A stretch of 34,596 nucleotides of DNA, taken from IMG/VR virus record IMGVR_UViG_2541047860_000003, positions 1-34,596 of that record, one strand, 5' to 3'. The DNA is from a virus (lineage: Duplodnaviria > Heunggongvirae > Uroviricota > Caudoviricetes). Both the position numbers and the translations under genes were made by a program. Position 1 is the stretch's first letter, and every line of letters begins with the position of its first letter. Positions 1-8,792 of this stretch are shown one piece after another. A model generated the notes under the pieces. That model was not told where the DNA came from. It made no database searches and worked only from the letters and a program-made list of their open reading frames with translations.

Positions 1-1254
1 ATGCTGGAACAAATGGGCATTGCCGCGAAGCAAGCCTCGTATAAATTAGCGCAACTCTCCAGCCGCGAAAAAAATCGCGTGCTGGAAAAAATCGCCGATG
101 AACTGGAAGCACAAAGCGAAATCATCCTCAACGCTAACGCCCAGGATGTTGCTGACGCGCGAGCCAATGGCCTTAGCGAAGCGATGCTTGACCGTCTGGC
201 ACTGACGCCCGCACGGCTGAAAGGCATTGCCGACGATGTACGTCAGGTGTGCAACCTCGCCGATCCGGTGGGGCAGGTAATCGATGGCGGCGTACTGGAC
301 AGCGGCCTGCGTCTTGAGCGTCGTCGCGTACCGCTGGGGGTTATTGGCGTGATTTATGAAGCGCGCCCGAACGTGACGGTTGATGTCGCTTCGCTGTGCC
401 TGAAAACCGGTAATGCGGTGATCCTGCGCGGTGGCAAAGAAACGTGTCGCACTAACGCTGCAACGGTGGCGGTGATTCAGGACGCCCTGAAATCCTGCGG
501 CTTACCGGCGGGTGCCGTGCAGGCGATTGATAATCCTGACCGTGCGCTGGTCAGTGAAATGCTGCGTATGGATAAATACATCGACATGCTGATCCCGCGT
601 GGTGGCGCTGGTTTGCATAAACTGTGCCGTGAACAGTCGACAATCCCGGTGATCACAGGTGGTATAGGCGTATGCCATATTTACGTTGATGAAAGTGTAG
701 AGATCGCTGAAGCATTAAAAGTGATCGTCAACGCGAAAACTCAGCGTCCGAGCACATGTAATACGGTTGAAACGTTGCTGGTGAATAAAAACATCGCCGA
801 TAGCTTCCTGCCCGCATTAAGCAAACAAATGGCGGAAAGCGGCGTGACATTACACGCAGATGCAGCTGCACTGGCGCAGTTGCAGGCAGGCCCTGCGAAG
901 GTGGTTGCTGTTAAAGCCGAAGAGTATGACGATGAGTTTCTGTCATTAGATTTGAACGTCAAAATCGTCAGCGATCTTGACGATGCCATCGCCCATATTC
1001 GTGAACACGGCACACAACACTCCGATGCGATCCTGACCCGCGATATGCGCAACGCCCAGCGTTTTGTTAACGAAGTGGATTCGTCCGCTGTTTACGTTAA
1101 CGCCTCTACGCGTTTTACCGACGGCGGCCAGTTTGGTCTGGGTGCGGAAGTGGCGGTAAGCACACAAAAACTCCACGCGCGTGGCCCAATGGGGCTGGAA
1201 GCACTGACCACTTACAAGTGGATCGGCATTGGTGATTACACCATTCGTGCGTAA
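1..1254 (+). CDS. proA: gamma-glutamyl phosphate reductase (complete, 417 aa)
   Basis: Full ORF starting at the first base; translation [30 protein letters not shown]... matches the enterobacterial ProA sequence and length as I recall it; sits directly upstream of tRNA-Thr as in E. coli. Confidence 0.95.
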
Positions 1255-1368
1255 ATAAAACCGGGTGATGCAAAAGTAGCCATTTGATTCACAAGGCCAT
1301 TGACGCATCGCCCGGTTAGTTTTAACCTTGTCCACCGTGATTCACGTTCGTGAACATGTCCTTTCAGG

Positions 1369-1444
1369 GCCGATATAGCTCAGTTGGTAGAGCAGCGCAT
1401 TCGTAATGCGAAGGTCGTAGGTTCGACTCCTATTATCGGCACCA
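1369..1444 (+). tRNA. thrW: tRNA-Thr (anticodon CGU)
   Basis: 76-nt GCCGATATAGCTCAGTTGGTAGAGCAGCGCATTCGTAATGCG...GGTTCGACTCCTATTATCGGCACCA with D-loop, CGT anticodon loop, T-loop GGTTCGA and 3' CCA; a known prophage attachment locus next to proA. Confidence 0.9.
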
Positions 1445-1458
1445 TTAAAATCAATAAG

Positions 1459-2622
1459 TTACACATCATTAGTACCTTCCTTATTTTTTGACTGGGACAA
1501 ATTTGGGACCGATGGGTTCAGGATCGAGTCTATTTGCCGTGCGTGTTCGGTAAGGTGATTAGGTGCAAGGTGAGCATATCGACGAACCATTTCGATAGAC
1601 TCCCAGCCTCCCATTTCCTGTAACACTGACAACGGGACTCCGGCTTGAACCAGCCAACTTGCCCAGGTGTGTCTCAAGTCGTGAAATCTGAAATCATCAA
1701 TACCAGCCCGTCTCAGCGCCGCTTTCCAGGCTGTGTTTGCGTCATACCGCATCTTCCTTACTGTTGGCGCTTTCGTTCCGTCTGGTTTGGTACAGCTTTC
1801 CTTGTACACAAATACCCAACGGTGATGATTCCCGATTTGTTTTTTCAATACGCGACATGCAGTATCATTCAGCGCAACGCCAATTGCGCGGTTTGATTTA
1901 CTCTCTTCCGGGTTTATCCATGCCACCCGGCGCTGCATATCTATTTGTTGCCATTCAAGGTTGATGATGTTCGAGCGTCTTAAGCCTGTTGCCAGTGCAA
2001 ATTCAACAACAGACTTTAATGGCTCCGGACATTCATCAATCAGCCTTTGTGCTTCATGGGGCTCCAGCCAGCGGATCCGTTTATTCTTTGGTTGAGGCAC
2101 TTTAATAATTGGTGCCTTATCCAGCATTTTCCATTCACGCTCTGCGGCTCTTAGTAGGGCCTTTATAAATGAAAGATGCGTAGCCTTCGTTGCAACGGAC
2201 GCTGGTTTTGGCGTGTATTCTGGAACAGGTTTCCCTTTTTTTCTGCATGCTTCTGCCCTGAGTTTCCAGTTTTCCTCATGACGCCGGTTCGTCATTTTCT
2301 GCATTGCTGAATAAATTTTTGATTCAGTAATGTCTCTTAGTTGCATTCCTGCGAAATGTTGAAGCCAGAATCCGATCCGGCTTTTGTCATCGTCCAGTGA
2401 TTTTTTATGTGCTTTCTCTTCAAGCCACCTGACACACGCTTCCTCGAACGTTATATCAGGTATTTCACCAAGTTTGCTGACCCGCCATGCTTCAGCCTTT
2501 AGCTTGTCATGGAGTTCTGTCGCCTGCCTTTTGTCCTTTGTTCCAAGAGACTGTTTAAATCTTTTACCGTTCGGCAATGTGAAACTGGCGTACCATATTT
2601 CACCTCTGCGGAAGAGTGACAT
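1459..2622 (-). CDS. int: Tyrosine-type phage integrase
   Basis: 387-aa ORF 15 bp downstream of the tRNA; C-terminal catalytic region ...[42 protein letters not shown] fits the R..H-x-x-R..Y tyrosine recombinase signature. Confidence 0.85.
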   Translation of the reverse strand: MSLFRRGEIWYASFTLPNGKRFKQSLGTKDKRQATELHDKLKAEAWRVSKLGEIPDITFEEACVRWLEEKAHKKSLDDDKSRIGFWLQHFAGMQLRDITESKIYSAMQKMTNRRHEENWKLRAEACRKKGKPVPEYTPKPASVATKATHLSFIKALLRAAEREWKMLDKAPIIKVPQPKNKRIRWLEPHEAQRLIDECPEPLKSVVEFALATGLRRSNIINLEWQQIDMQRRVAWINPEESKSNRAIGVALNDTACRVLKKQIGNHHRWVFVYKESCTKPDGTKAPTVRKMRYDANTAWKAALRRAGIDDFRFHDLRHTWASWLVQAGVPLSVLQEMGGWESIEMVRRYAHLAPNHLTEHARQIDSILNPSVPNLSQSKNKEGTNDV

Positions 2623-2849
2623 TTTCTTTCCTCTGTTATGCCATCACCCGCGCTCACCTGGACAGTATGCAGCGGAGACTGAAGAGCCGCAATGCAGGCT
2701 TGTCGTGTTGTGAGGTAAGGAGATTTATTCTTAGTGGGATCTTTGCGTGTTGCCTGAAGACGCCCTGTGCGTATCCAGTTAATGGCAGTCGGTCTGGATA
2801 TCTTGAGAAAATGACAGGCCTCATCGAGTGTGAGGCTGTATGGCTCCAT
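2499..2849 (-). CDS. xis: Excisionase-like HTH protein (Xis/AlpA-type)
   Basis: Internal ATG at 2849 with SD AGAGGTGA; [31 protein letters not shown] resembles excisionase-family HTH; start overlaps the stop of the upstream gene (TAATG). Its 3' end overlaps the int start by about 120 nt, which is unusual. Confidence 0.55.
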   Translation of the reverse strand: MEPYSLTLDEACHFLKISRPTAINWIRTGRLQATRKDPTKNKSPYLTTRQACIAALQSPLHTVQVSAGDGITEERKCHSSAEVKYGTPVSHCRTVKDLNSLLEQRTKGRRQNSMTS

Positions 2850-3154
2850 TATTTCACCTCTTGCTGTGACATTGTTGAAAAATGGATACCAGCTCGTTGC
2901 TGCCAGACGATCCAACCGAGAGTCATATCCCATGCCATGTATTCGTTATTGCCGTTTTTTGCTCTCCGACGATCTACTAAGTCACCGAAACGCTTTTCCA
3001 TGAATAATTCATAAGCTTCGCGTTCATCTGGTTCTACTTCCAGAGATAGGAGTGCGATTTCATAAGCACGGCGCTCAATATCGTCTCGCACGTCAAGGCT
3101 GCTGATACGCTCTTTAATTTCTTTAATCAGTTCTTTGTCGGTAAAAGTGGTCAT
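2849..3154 (-). CDS. Small phage early protein (YfdT-like position)
   Basis: 101-aa ORF, acidic; last in a co-oriented, translationally coupled block (overlapping stop/start codons) upstream of xis-int; order matches yfdQ-R-S-T of E. coli CPS-53 by recollection. Confidence 0.45.
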   Translation of the reverse strand: MTTFTDKELIKEIKERISSLDVRDDIERRAYEIALLSLEVEPDEREAYELFMEKRFGDLVDRRRAKNGNNEYMAWDMTLGWIVWQQRAGIHFSTMSQQEVK

Positions 3155-3516
3155 TATGCTCCAGCCTCCGGTGCTTTTGGCATTACTGCCCAGTGAGTGA
3201 TATTGACGTTTTCAAGGTCCCCGACCTGAAATGTCCACTGCCATTCTCCGGTTTCTTTTTGTCCCCAGGTGTACCAGAGAGAACGCCAGCCAATTAGCCA
3301 GCCTTCTCCGTTAGCATCGAATAACAAAACACTTTCATTTGCTGGTGGCAGTTCAGTTGACACTGGTATTACTTTGTTTTCCTGTGCTGCACATTTAGCT
3401 TCAAGCGCATCGAATTTACGCACCAGGTATTCAGCATCTGTTTCATTTACTTTCAGATCTCGCGGTACACATCTCCCACGAAGAAACCCTTCCATTTCGA
3501 AAACATTCATGCGCAT
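3154..3516 (-). CDS. DUF551-like phage protein (YfdS-like)
   Basis: 120-aa ORF with Trp-rich C-terminal motif (GWLIGWRSLWYTWGQKETGEWQW) recalled for DUF551 phage proteins; SD GGAG 8 nt upstream of ATG. Confidence 0.5.
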   Translation of the reverse strand: MRMNVFEMEGFLRGRCVPRDLKVNETDAEYLVRKFDALEAKCAAQENKVIPVSTELPPANESVLLFDANGEGWLIGWRSLWYTWGQKETGEWQWTFQVGDLENVNITHWAVMPKAPEAGA

Positions 3517-4043
3517 TTGCGTAACTCCGATAACTCGTTAAAGCGTTCCATAAACATCCCGTAGGCATGGCCCGGTGCCAGTGGAATCACGTTGAACATC
3601 TCTGTTGCCGGGATACCTTCCAGTACAGGCCAGAAAGAGCCATCATCAAGCCCGAGATCGCGGCGTTCGGTTGCCAGCATGATGAGATCGGCATATTTCA
3701 CGGGCGTACTCATAACTGGGGGTAACCCGTATTTCTCACGGATTACGGCGTCTATTTTTTCTTCCATTTGTTTATAGTCAGGAAGAAGGCGTTTCAGTGG
3801 TGCGGGAATGTCCTGGCAATACGCTTCTGTTGCATCATGCATTAACGCTTCAAAAGCAAATTCCTGCGGCACCAGCTGGCTGCAAAGAACCGCATGTTGG
3901 GCGACGCTGTAGAAGTGCGAAAGATGACCGGCAAAGCGACAGATATTTGAAAGGGAAACCGCGATATCGTTAATATCGATGTCGTCTTTATTTATCCTGT
4001 CATAATAAAAATGCTTCCCGGAAAAAGTTTTAATAAATGACAT
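3507..4043 (-). CDS. HD-domain phosphohydrolase (YfdR-like)
   Basis: 178 aa from ATG at 4043 (SD GGAG); contains H...HD motif (HFYSVAQHAV...LMHDATEAY) typical of HD metal-dependent phosphohydrolases. Confidence 0.7.
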   Translation of the reverse strand: MSFIKTFSGKHFYYDRINKDDIDINDIAVSLSNICRFAGHLSHFYSVAQHAVLCSQLVPQEFAFEALMHDATEAYCQDIPAPLKRLLPDYKQMEEKIDAVIREKYGLPPVMSTPVKYADLIMLATERRDLGLDDGSFWPVLEGIPATEMFNVIPLAPGHAYGMFMERFNELSELRKCA

Positions 4044-4170
4044 TTTGTTCTCCACGTATATGCGCTGCACCGCGCTGAATTCTGGTAAAAAGAATCCCTC
4101 ACCATCCGGCGATTATTGAGTAAATTACGTTTCCATAAATGCCCCCGCAGGGGCATTTGCAGTAATGAAA

Positions 4171-4995
4171 TCAGGCGGTGAAAGTACCAATAAAGGTTTC
4201 TACTTTGCTGTCCTTGAATTTCTCAACAAGCAGATCACGAAATTCGTTAGCCATTTCTTCCTGCACCGCCTCCAGCTGAATAATGCGCAGAACCAGTACA
4301 GGACGATCGCCAGTGATAATACTGAGGCGTAATTTAAACGGACGTTCTTTCAGACCTTCAAACGGAACGCATTTAAATTCAAATGCCACTGGCATAATGT
4401 CTTTGGTCTTCGCTTCGACAGACTCCATCAGGGAGCGTTTGCCGCTGAAGTCATTATCTTCAAAATCAGCGGTCTGGTTTGCTTCAATCGTGATTTTACG
4501 GACAGCCGCAGCCGCTTTTGTTGCCTGAATAGCGTCACCATTAGCATCAAAGCCCACAAGATAGTCGGCCCAGTCTTCAATCCATTCTGCTAGTGACTTC
4601 TGGGAGTTACGCTCGCCGTTAACAGACAACAGAGCAGAGAACGGTGCTGTCTTTTTCAGTTTGAGTGTGGCGGTGTTATCTGCGTGACCTGGTTCATCAA
4701 TAGTACCTAGGTTAAGCACACTGACGGCACGCATATTATCAGCATCGATAAAGCAGCGGGTGCCTTCATCTGCAAGATCTTTAGAATAACGGGTAAAATC
4801 ATCGATGCTGGCAGTGGAAAGCGCACCACGGAAACGGAAGCGATTTAAATTAAATTTTTCCAGATCATGAATGCGGAAATTCTCAGGCAATGCCACAGCA
4901 TCGGCACCAATCTTACTGATAATTTCATTAACACCCTGAGCAGAAATAAGGGCATGGATTTGATTAATTGCGGTTGCGTCTAAGTTCTGAGACAT
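4171..4995 (-). CDS. YfdQ-like (DUF2303-type) prophage protein
   Basis: 274-aa ORF; size and position match YfdQ of CPS-53-type prophages by recollection; no catalytic motif recognised. Confidence 0.55.
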   Translation of the reverse strand: MSQNLDATAINQIHALISAQGVNEIISKIGADAVALPENFRIHDLEKFNLNRFRFRGALSTASIDDFTRYSKDLADEGTRCFIDADNMRAVSVLNLGTIDEPGHADNTATLKLKKTAPFSALLSVNGERNSQKSLAEWIEDWADYLVGFDANGDAIQATKAAAAVRKITIEANQTADFEDNDFSGKRSLMESVEAKTKDIMPVAFEFKCVPFEGLKERPFKLRLSIITGDRPVLVLRIIQLEAVQEEMANEFRDLLVEKFKDSKVETFIGTFTA

Positions 4996-5060
4996 AATAA
5001 GTCCTCACTATATAAAGATATTCAGTGATGAGATAAATAATCAGTTAATTAAAAACGATA

Positions 5061-5423
5061 TTAACGACCTGCTGCGCGGAGTTTTCCGTCAGGTTCACCG
5101 GCAAGAGTCAGCAACTGTCCCTGGTCTTCCTGCAGAATAGTCAGGCGACCACCGCGATTGACATACATCGGCGTTTCGGTGGTGTCTTCTTCGGAAATTT
5201 TCCCGCGGTTAGTCGGGCGAACATATGAGAGTTTGTGTTTGATTTTCACTCGGTTCTCATCAAACGGTTCGATTTCTAGGTTGAGCGAGACCTTACCTTT
5301 GGTTTTCGTGTTCATCACACCGGAAGCGACTTCACTGAGAACTGCGCCGATTTTGGTTTCAAATACGCCGCCGTCCAGCTCCCCGATAAATGCCTGCACA
5401 TCAGTACTGCGTTCGCTAGCCAT
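5061..5423 (-). CDS. YfdP-like small prophage protein
   Basis: Start assigned to internal ATG at 5423 preceded by SD GAGGAG with 7-nt spacer; the longer 226-aa reading extends into a GC-rich hairpin region and has no RBS. Confidence 0.5.
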   Translation of the reverse strand: MASERSTDVQAFIGELDGGVFETKIGAVLSEVASGVMNTKTKGKVSLNLEIEPFDENRVKIKHKLSYVRPTNRGKISEEDTTETPMYVNRGGRLTILQEDQGQLLTLAGEPDGKLRAAGR

Positions 5424-5891
5424 TTTGCTGCTCCTCATCATATCGACCCTGCAAGGTCGGTTAGTTTCTCCACAAAACAGAGAAGAACACCTGCGGTGAC
5501 TGCCGCCCGGATGGATTGGGTTATGAGCCCGTCGTCCGGTGATGCTCTTCTCTGTTTTGTAAAAAGGACGGTACCAGCCGGAAGCAAGGGTACAAGCTGG
5601 TACCGCCAAGACTACACACAGCATAAAGTTGTGGTGCCGGGTGCCTCCCGGTGCCTGGCGAAGGTTGCACACCAGGCGGGTGGGTATCCACAGAAGGTCG
5701 ACTGTCAGCCTCAACCTTAACCCGCGTGCGCTGAGCCGCATTCACCACAACGCTAAGGATTCTCTCTGGTTGAAAATACTTAGCTGTTATGTGCCTGCTT
5801 TTAGCCACATCAGGCGAGGTGGACCTAGTTATTCCCCAACAACAAGGATTCGGTTAATCTGGTTATCCCCAACAACGCAAAAGGAAAAGAA

Positions 5892-6326
5892 ATGTCCGGT
5901 AATATCTATACGCTGTACAAATCCCACTGTGAAAATGTTGGAAAGTATCGGGGCATTGAAATCAGTGGGGTAGTGTCATCAGTCGAAATAAGCAAAGTTG
6001 AATCAAGGGCAACATTACTTACTCTTTTGGACCTTGTCTTACATGAGCACCGGAAGAAATTCGGCACTCCCTATAATCAGTTGAATGGGAAAAAGGCTCT
6101 GGTTCACCTTATTCTGATGAAGCATCACTGGATGCCAAAACAGATTAATGAGATGAAATTTGATGAACTTCTTCTTTCAATTCAGGATGAACTCACACTT
6201 GATAAAATAAGCGTAACCGCCCAGAAATTTTTAGATTATCGAGACTGGAGATCACAAATTCATCACTTTGATGATTTTGACGAAAATGAATGGGATCCTA
6301 ATTTGTCTGCACAATATCTAAAGTAA
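5892..6326 (+). CDS. Hypothetical 144-aa protein (AT-rich cargo gene in immunity region)
   Basis: ATG at 5892 with AAGGA SD; visibly AT-richer than the flanking phage genes; convergent with and overlapping the 68-aa minus-strand gene; no recognisable motif. Confidence 0.5.
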   Translation: MSGNIYTLYKSHCENVGKYRGIEISGVVSSVEISKVESRATLLTLLDLVLHEHRKKFGTPYNQLNGKKALVHLILMKHHWMPKQINEMKFDELLLSIQDELTLDKISVTAQKFLDYRDWRSQIHHFDDFDENEWDPNLSAQYLK

Positions 6327-6504
6327 CATCCTGTGATAAAACCGTGATTTCCTGATCCAGTTTTTTTAAGGAGTCTATTGTTTCCTGTCGATAAGACAGC
6401 ACTTCACGAAGCTGGTTTATAGCTGCCAGCTTCTTTGTCATCCACTCATAAATTTCCTCATCTGTGTAGCCAGGCGCGACGATTTTGGGTTCTGTTTTGT
6501 GCAT
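6298..6504 (-). CDS. Hypothetical 68-aa protein, first gene downstream of predicted PL
   Basis: ATG at 6504 preceded by GAGGAG with 7-nt spacer; predicted coiled-coil-like, not Arg-rich, so not an obvious N homolog. Confidence 0.45.
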   Translation of the reverse strand: MHKTEPKIVAPGYTDEEIYEWMTKKLAAINQLREVLSYRQETIDSLKKLDQEITVLSQDVTLDIVQTN

Positions 6505-6549
6505 TTCACATCTCCTCAAGTTATCAGTTACTTGTTGATGGGGACCAGA

Positions 6550-6561
6550 TTGTTAAAGAGC
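6550..6561 (-). promoter_or_regulatory. boxA-like element (GCTCTTTAACAA) on the leftward early transcript
   Basis: Minus-strand GCTCTTTAACAA matches 11 of 12 positions of the E. coli rrn boxA (TGCTCTTTAACAA) as recalled, 3 nt after a hairpin, between predicted PL and the first leftward gene. Confidence 0.4.
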
Positions 6562-6564
6562 TAA

Positions 6565-6586
6565 GCGTCCTGTAGGGCGCTTTTTT
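6565..6586 (+). terminator. Plus-strand hairpin plus T6 run (putative terminator for the 144-aa gene)
   Basis: GCGTCCTGTAGGGCGC followed by TTTTTT; on the opposite strand the same hairpin immediately precedes an rrn-like boxA. Confidence 0.4.
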
Positions 6587-6754
6587 GTTGCTAACGAATC
6601 ATCCTGGACTTCATATGCCCCAGGCGGCTACTTCGTGGGCGTCCTGCCTGTTCGTTTTTGACATTTACTGACTGCTTACGACACATGCACCGTGTTGCAA
6701 CCAGATTTTGTTGTAATCCTGTAGTTGGTCTGGAACAAAAGATAAAATTAAATT

Positions 6755-6796
6755 GTGAGATATGCAAGTGGTATTTGCGTGATATGCAAGTTGATA
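6755..6796 (-). promoter_or_regulatory. Putative OL/PL operator-promoter region
   Basis: Contains TTGCGTGATA, the same 10-mer present in the cI-cro intergenic region, plus direct repeat ATATGCAAGT twice; lies just beyond the cI terminator. Confidence 0.4.
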
Positions 6797-6800
6797 GGTA

Positions 6801-6823
6801 ATAAAAAGCCACCTTTCGGTGGC
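6801..6823 (-). terminator. Intrinsic terminator downstream of cI
   Basis: Minus-strand hairpin GCCACCGAAAGGTGGC followed by TTTTTAT, about 20 bp after the cI stop. Confidence 0.5.
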
Positions 6824-6842
6824 CGATGGAAGGATATTGAGG

Positions 6843-7535
6843 TTAATTATGTCTCTTAAGGGTTTGAGACTGACTGATTAAGACCTTTCCAAAGACCATG
6901 AATCGGTGTTCGTTTTCGCTAGTAATTCCCCATTCACGGTAAATCTGGTTATCAGAAATCACCAGCAGTTTGTCAGGAATCATTTGAAGTCTTTTAACGT
7001 ATATTTTGTCATCAAAACCAAAGACATATATACCATCACCATCAAACTGATTGATGCTGACATCAACGAAGATGAGATCTCCTGGCTCAATGGTTGGACA
7101 CATACTGTCCCCACGAACGTTGATAACTTTGATGTGATTGGCTGGTCGTCCGCCGAACATTGATACAGCATTATCAGTTCTGTATTCGATGGCATGAATC
7201 ACATCAATGACATCACCGCCCTGGATAAGGCCATTTCCCGCACTGGCACTGATATCCAGCATTTCAATACGGAACACATCCTTCACCTGCGCAACATCCT
7301 CATTATTACTGTTTTTATATACAGTATTACTTTTGTGGGCAGAGGTAAAGAGATCAGCAATATCAACACCTAAGCTCTTGGCAATATTACTCAGTGTTTG
7401 TTCGGTAAATTGTTTTTGCTTACCCGTTTCTAAGCGCGAGATGTTCGCCGCATCTACTCCTATTGCTTCAGCGAGATCGGCGATTTTCATGTTCTTCGCT
7501 TGGCGAAGTTGTCTGACTCGGTTTCCTATGTTCAT
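6843..7535 (-). CDS. cI: CI-type phage repressor (HTH + S24 LexA-like peptidase)
   Basis: N-terminal HTH (QAKNMKIADLAEAIGVDAANISRLETGK), Ala-Gly site (SASAGNG), S24 motifs (GDSM ... KR); divergent from cro across an operator-bearing intergenic region. Confidence 0.9.
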   Translation of the reverse strand: MNIGNRVRQLRQAKNMKIADLAEAIGVDAANISRLETGKQKQFTEQTLSNIAKSLGVDIADLFTSAHKSNTVYKNSNNEDVAQVKDVFRIEMLDISASAGNGLIQGGDVIDVIHAIEYRTDNAVSMFGGRPANHIKVINVRGDSMCPTIEPGDLIFVDVSINQFDGDGIYVFGFDDKIYVKRLQMIPDKLLVISDNQIYREWGITSENEHRFMVFGKVLISQSQTLKRHN

Positions 7536-7632
7536 GCGTTTATTACATTTCTTTATTGCGTGATAAGCAAATCAACTTGCGCAAAATAATTGCGTGAAAT
7601 AACATGCATAACGCGCAATATTTGGAGGGCGT
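7536..7632. promoter_or_regulatory. OR region with divergent PRM/PR promoters
   Basis: 97-bp cI-cro intergenic region carrying four related operator-like sites (TTGCGTGATA, TTGCGCAA, TTGCGTGAAAT, ACGCGCAAT). Confidence 0.6.
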
Positions 7633-7893
7633 ATGCAATCACCATTACGAAATGTGCGTAAGGCGCATGGTTTCACTTTGCAGCATGTTGCTGCGGGTGT
7701 TCAAGTCAATCCAGCGACGTTGAGTCGTATTGAGAGGCTGGAGCAGATTCCATCTATCGAGCTTGCAGAACGTTTAGCCAATTTTTTTAAGGGTGAAGTC
7801 AGCGAAATGCAGATTCTTTATCCGGCACGTTTTCAATCTAGCCAAAACCAGAATGGGTTTAAACCACAGGAACAGGAGGTGAACCGTGGGTAA
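7633..7893 (+). CDS. cro: Cro-like HTH regulator
   Basis: 86-aa ORF with HTH (TLQHVAAGVQVNPATLSRIE), GGAGG SD, divergent from cI. Confidence 0.75.
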   Translation: MQSPLRNVRKAHGFTLQHVAAGVQVNPATLSRIERLEQIPSIELAERLANFFKGEVSEMQILYPARFQSSQNQNGFKPQEQEVNRG

Positions 7894-8437
7894 GCATCAC
7901 TGGAAAGTAGAAAAACAGCCTGAGTGGTACGTGAAAGCTGTCAGAAAAACTATCGCAGCGTTGCCGGGGGGGTACGCTGAAGCTGCTGACTGGCTGGATG
8001 TAACAGAGCACGCATTATTTAACCGCCTTCGTGCCGATGGCGATCAGATTTTCCCGCTGGGATGGGCAATGATTTTGCAACGTGCTGGTGGAACTCACTT
8101 CATTGCTGACGCTGTGGCGCAGTCTGCAAATGGCGTCTTTGTGTCTCTTCCTGATGTCGAGGATGTGGACAACGCCGATATCAACCAACGCCTGCTGGAA
8201 GTCATTGAACAGATCGGCAGTTATTCAAAACAGATTCGTTCAGCAATTGAAGACGGTGTAGTGGAACCGCATGAGAAGACAGCAATTAACGATGAGCTGT
8301 ACCTCTCAATTTCGAAGCTGCAGGAGCATGCAGCTCTGGTCTACAAAATCTTTTGCGTTTCAGAAAGTAGTGACGCCCGCGAGTGTGCAGCTCCGGGCGC
8401 CGTGGCGTGTCGTGACTGTGGAGAAACTAACGCATGA
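7886..8437 (+). CDS. CII-like lysogeny regulator (phage 186 CII/CP76-type, by position and size)
   Basis: 183-aa ORF with GTG start after AGGAGG SD, immediately after cro; family assignment from memory only. Confidence 0.45.
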   Translation: MGKHHWKVEKQPEWYVKAVRKTIAALPGGYAEAADWLDVTEHALFNRLRADGDQIFPLGWAMILQRAGGTHFIADAVAQSANGVFVSLPDVEDVDNADINQRLLEVIEQIGSYSKQIRSAIEDGVVEPHEKTAINDELYLSISKLQEHAALVYKIFCVSESSDARECAAPGAVACRDCGETNA

Positions 8438-8612
8438 ACAGTTTAACAACACACTACCGTCGCTCGCAACTGATTGCGCTTCCTGTACCGGGTGGAAAAG
8501 CGAAGGTGGAGTATTGCTATGCAGTAAATGTACCAGGTGACAGGGAAATTGTAACCCACAGCTTTGCAGAGTGGGCTGTGGGTGATTTCAACCGGCAGAA
8601 GGAGACAGTCCT

Positions 8613-8792
8613 TTGCGACAAGTTAACCGCTGGTTCAAAGATCACTACGGAGTGCCCGTCAGAGTCATTCGTTGGGAGCCGGAAACACAACGTGTTATCT
8701 ACCTCCGCGAAGGCTATGAGCATGAGTGCTTCAGCCCGCTCGAACAGTTTCGTCGTAAATTCAGGGAAATAGAGGTCGGTCATGAGCACTAA
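8613..8792 (+). CDS. DUF4222-like small protein (TTG start)
   Basis: Alternate frame reads ...[52 protein letters not shown], matching the recalled DUF4222 pattern; AAGGAG SD 8 nt upstream of TTG at 8613. Overlaps the listed 8434..8772 ORF in another frame. Confidence 0.35.
   Translation: MRQVNRWFKDHYGVPVRVIRWEPETQRVIYLREGYEHECFSPLEQFRRKFREIEVGHEH

Noticed and set aside
741-1335. Antisense ORFs inside proA (741..1052 -, 946..1335 -)
   Set aside because: They are fully contained in or overlapping a well-supported gene on the other strand and have no RBS.
5061-5741. Long 226-aa form of the yfdP-like ORF extending into the GC-rich island
   Set aside because: The N-terminal extension has no RBS, is GC-skewed and overlaps hairpins; the internal ATG at 5423 has a strong GAGGAG SD and gives the expected size of about 120 aa.
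5496-5973. Three overlapping ORFs (5496..5720 +, 5521..5808 -, 5629..5973 +) in the GC-rich island
   Set aside because: They mutually overlap, have no SDs and have Pro/Arg/Gly-rich compositions typical of chance frames in GC-rich, hairpin-forming DNA; treated as non-coding structure.
6591-6812. 73-aa minus-strand ORF next to cI
   Set aside because: It overlaps the cI terminator hairpin and the OL-like operator repeats, so it is more likely regulatory DNA than coding.
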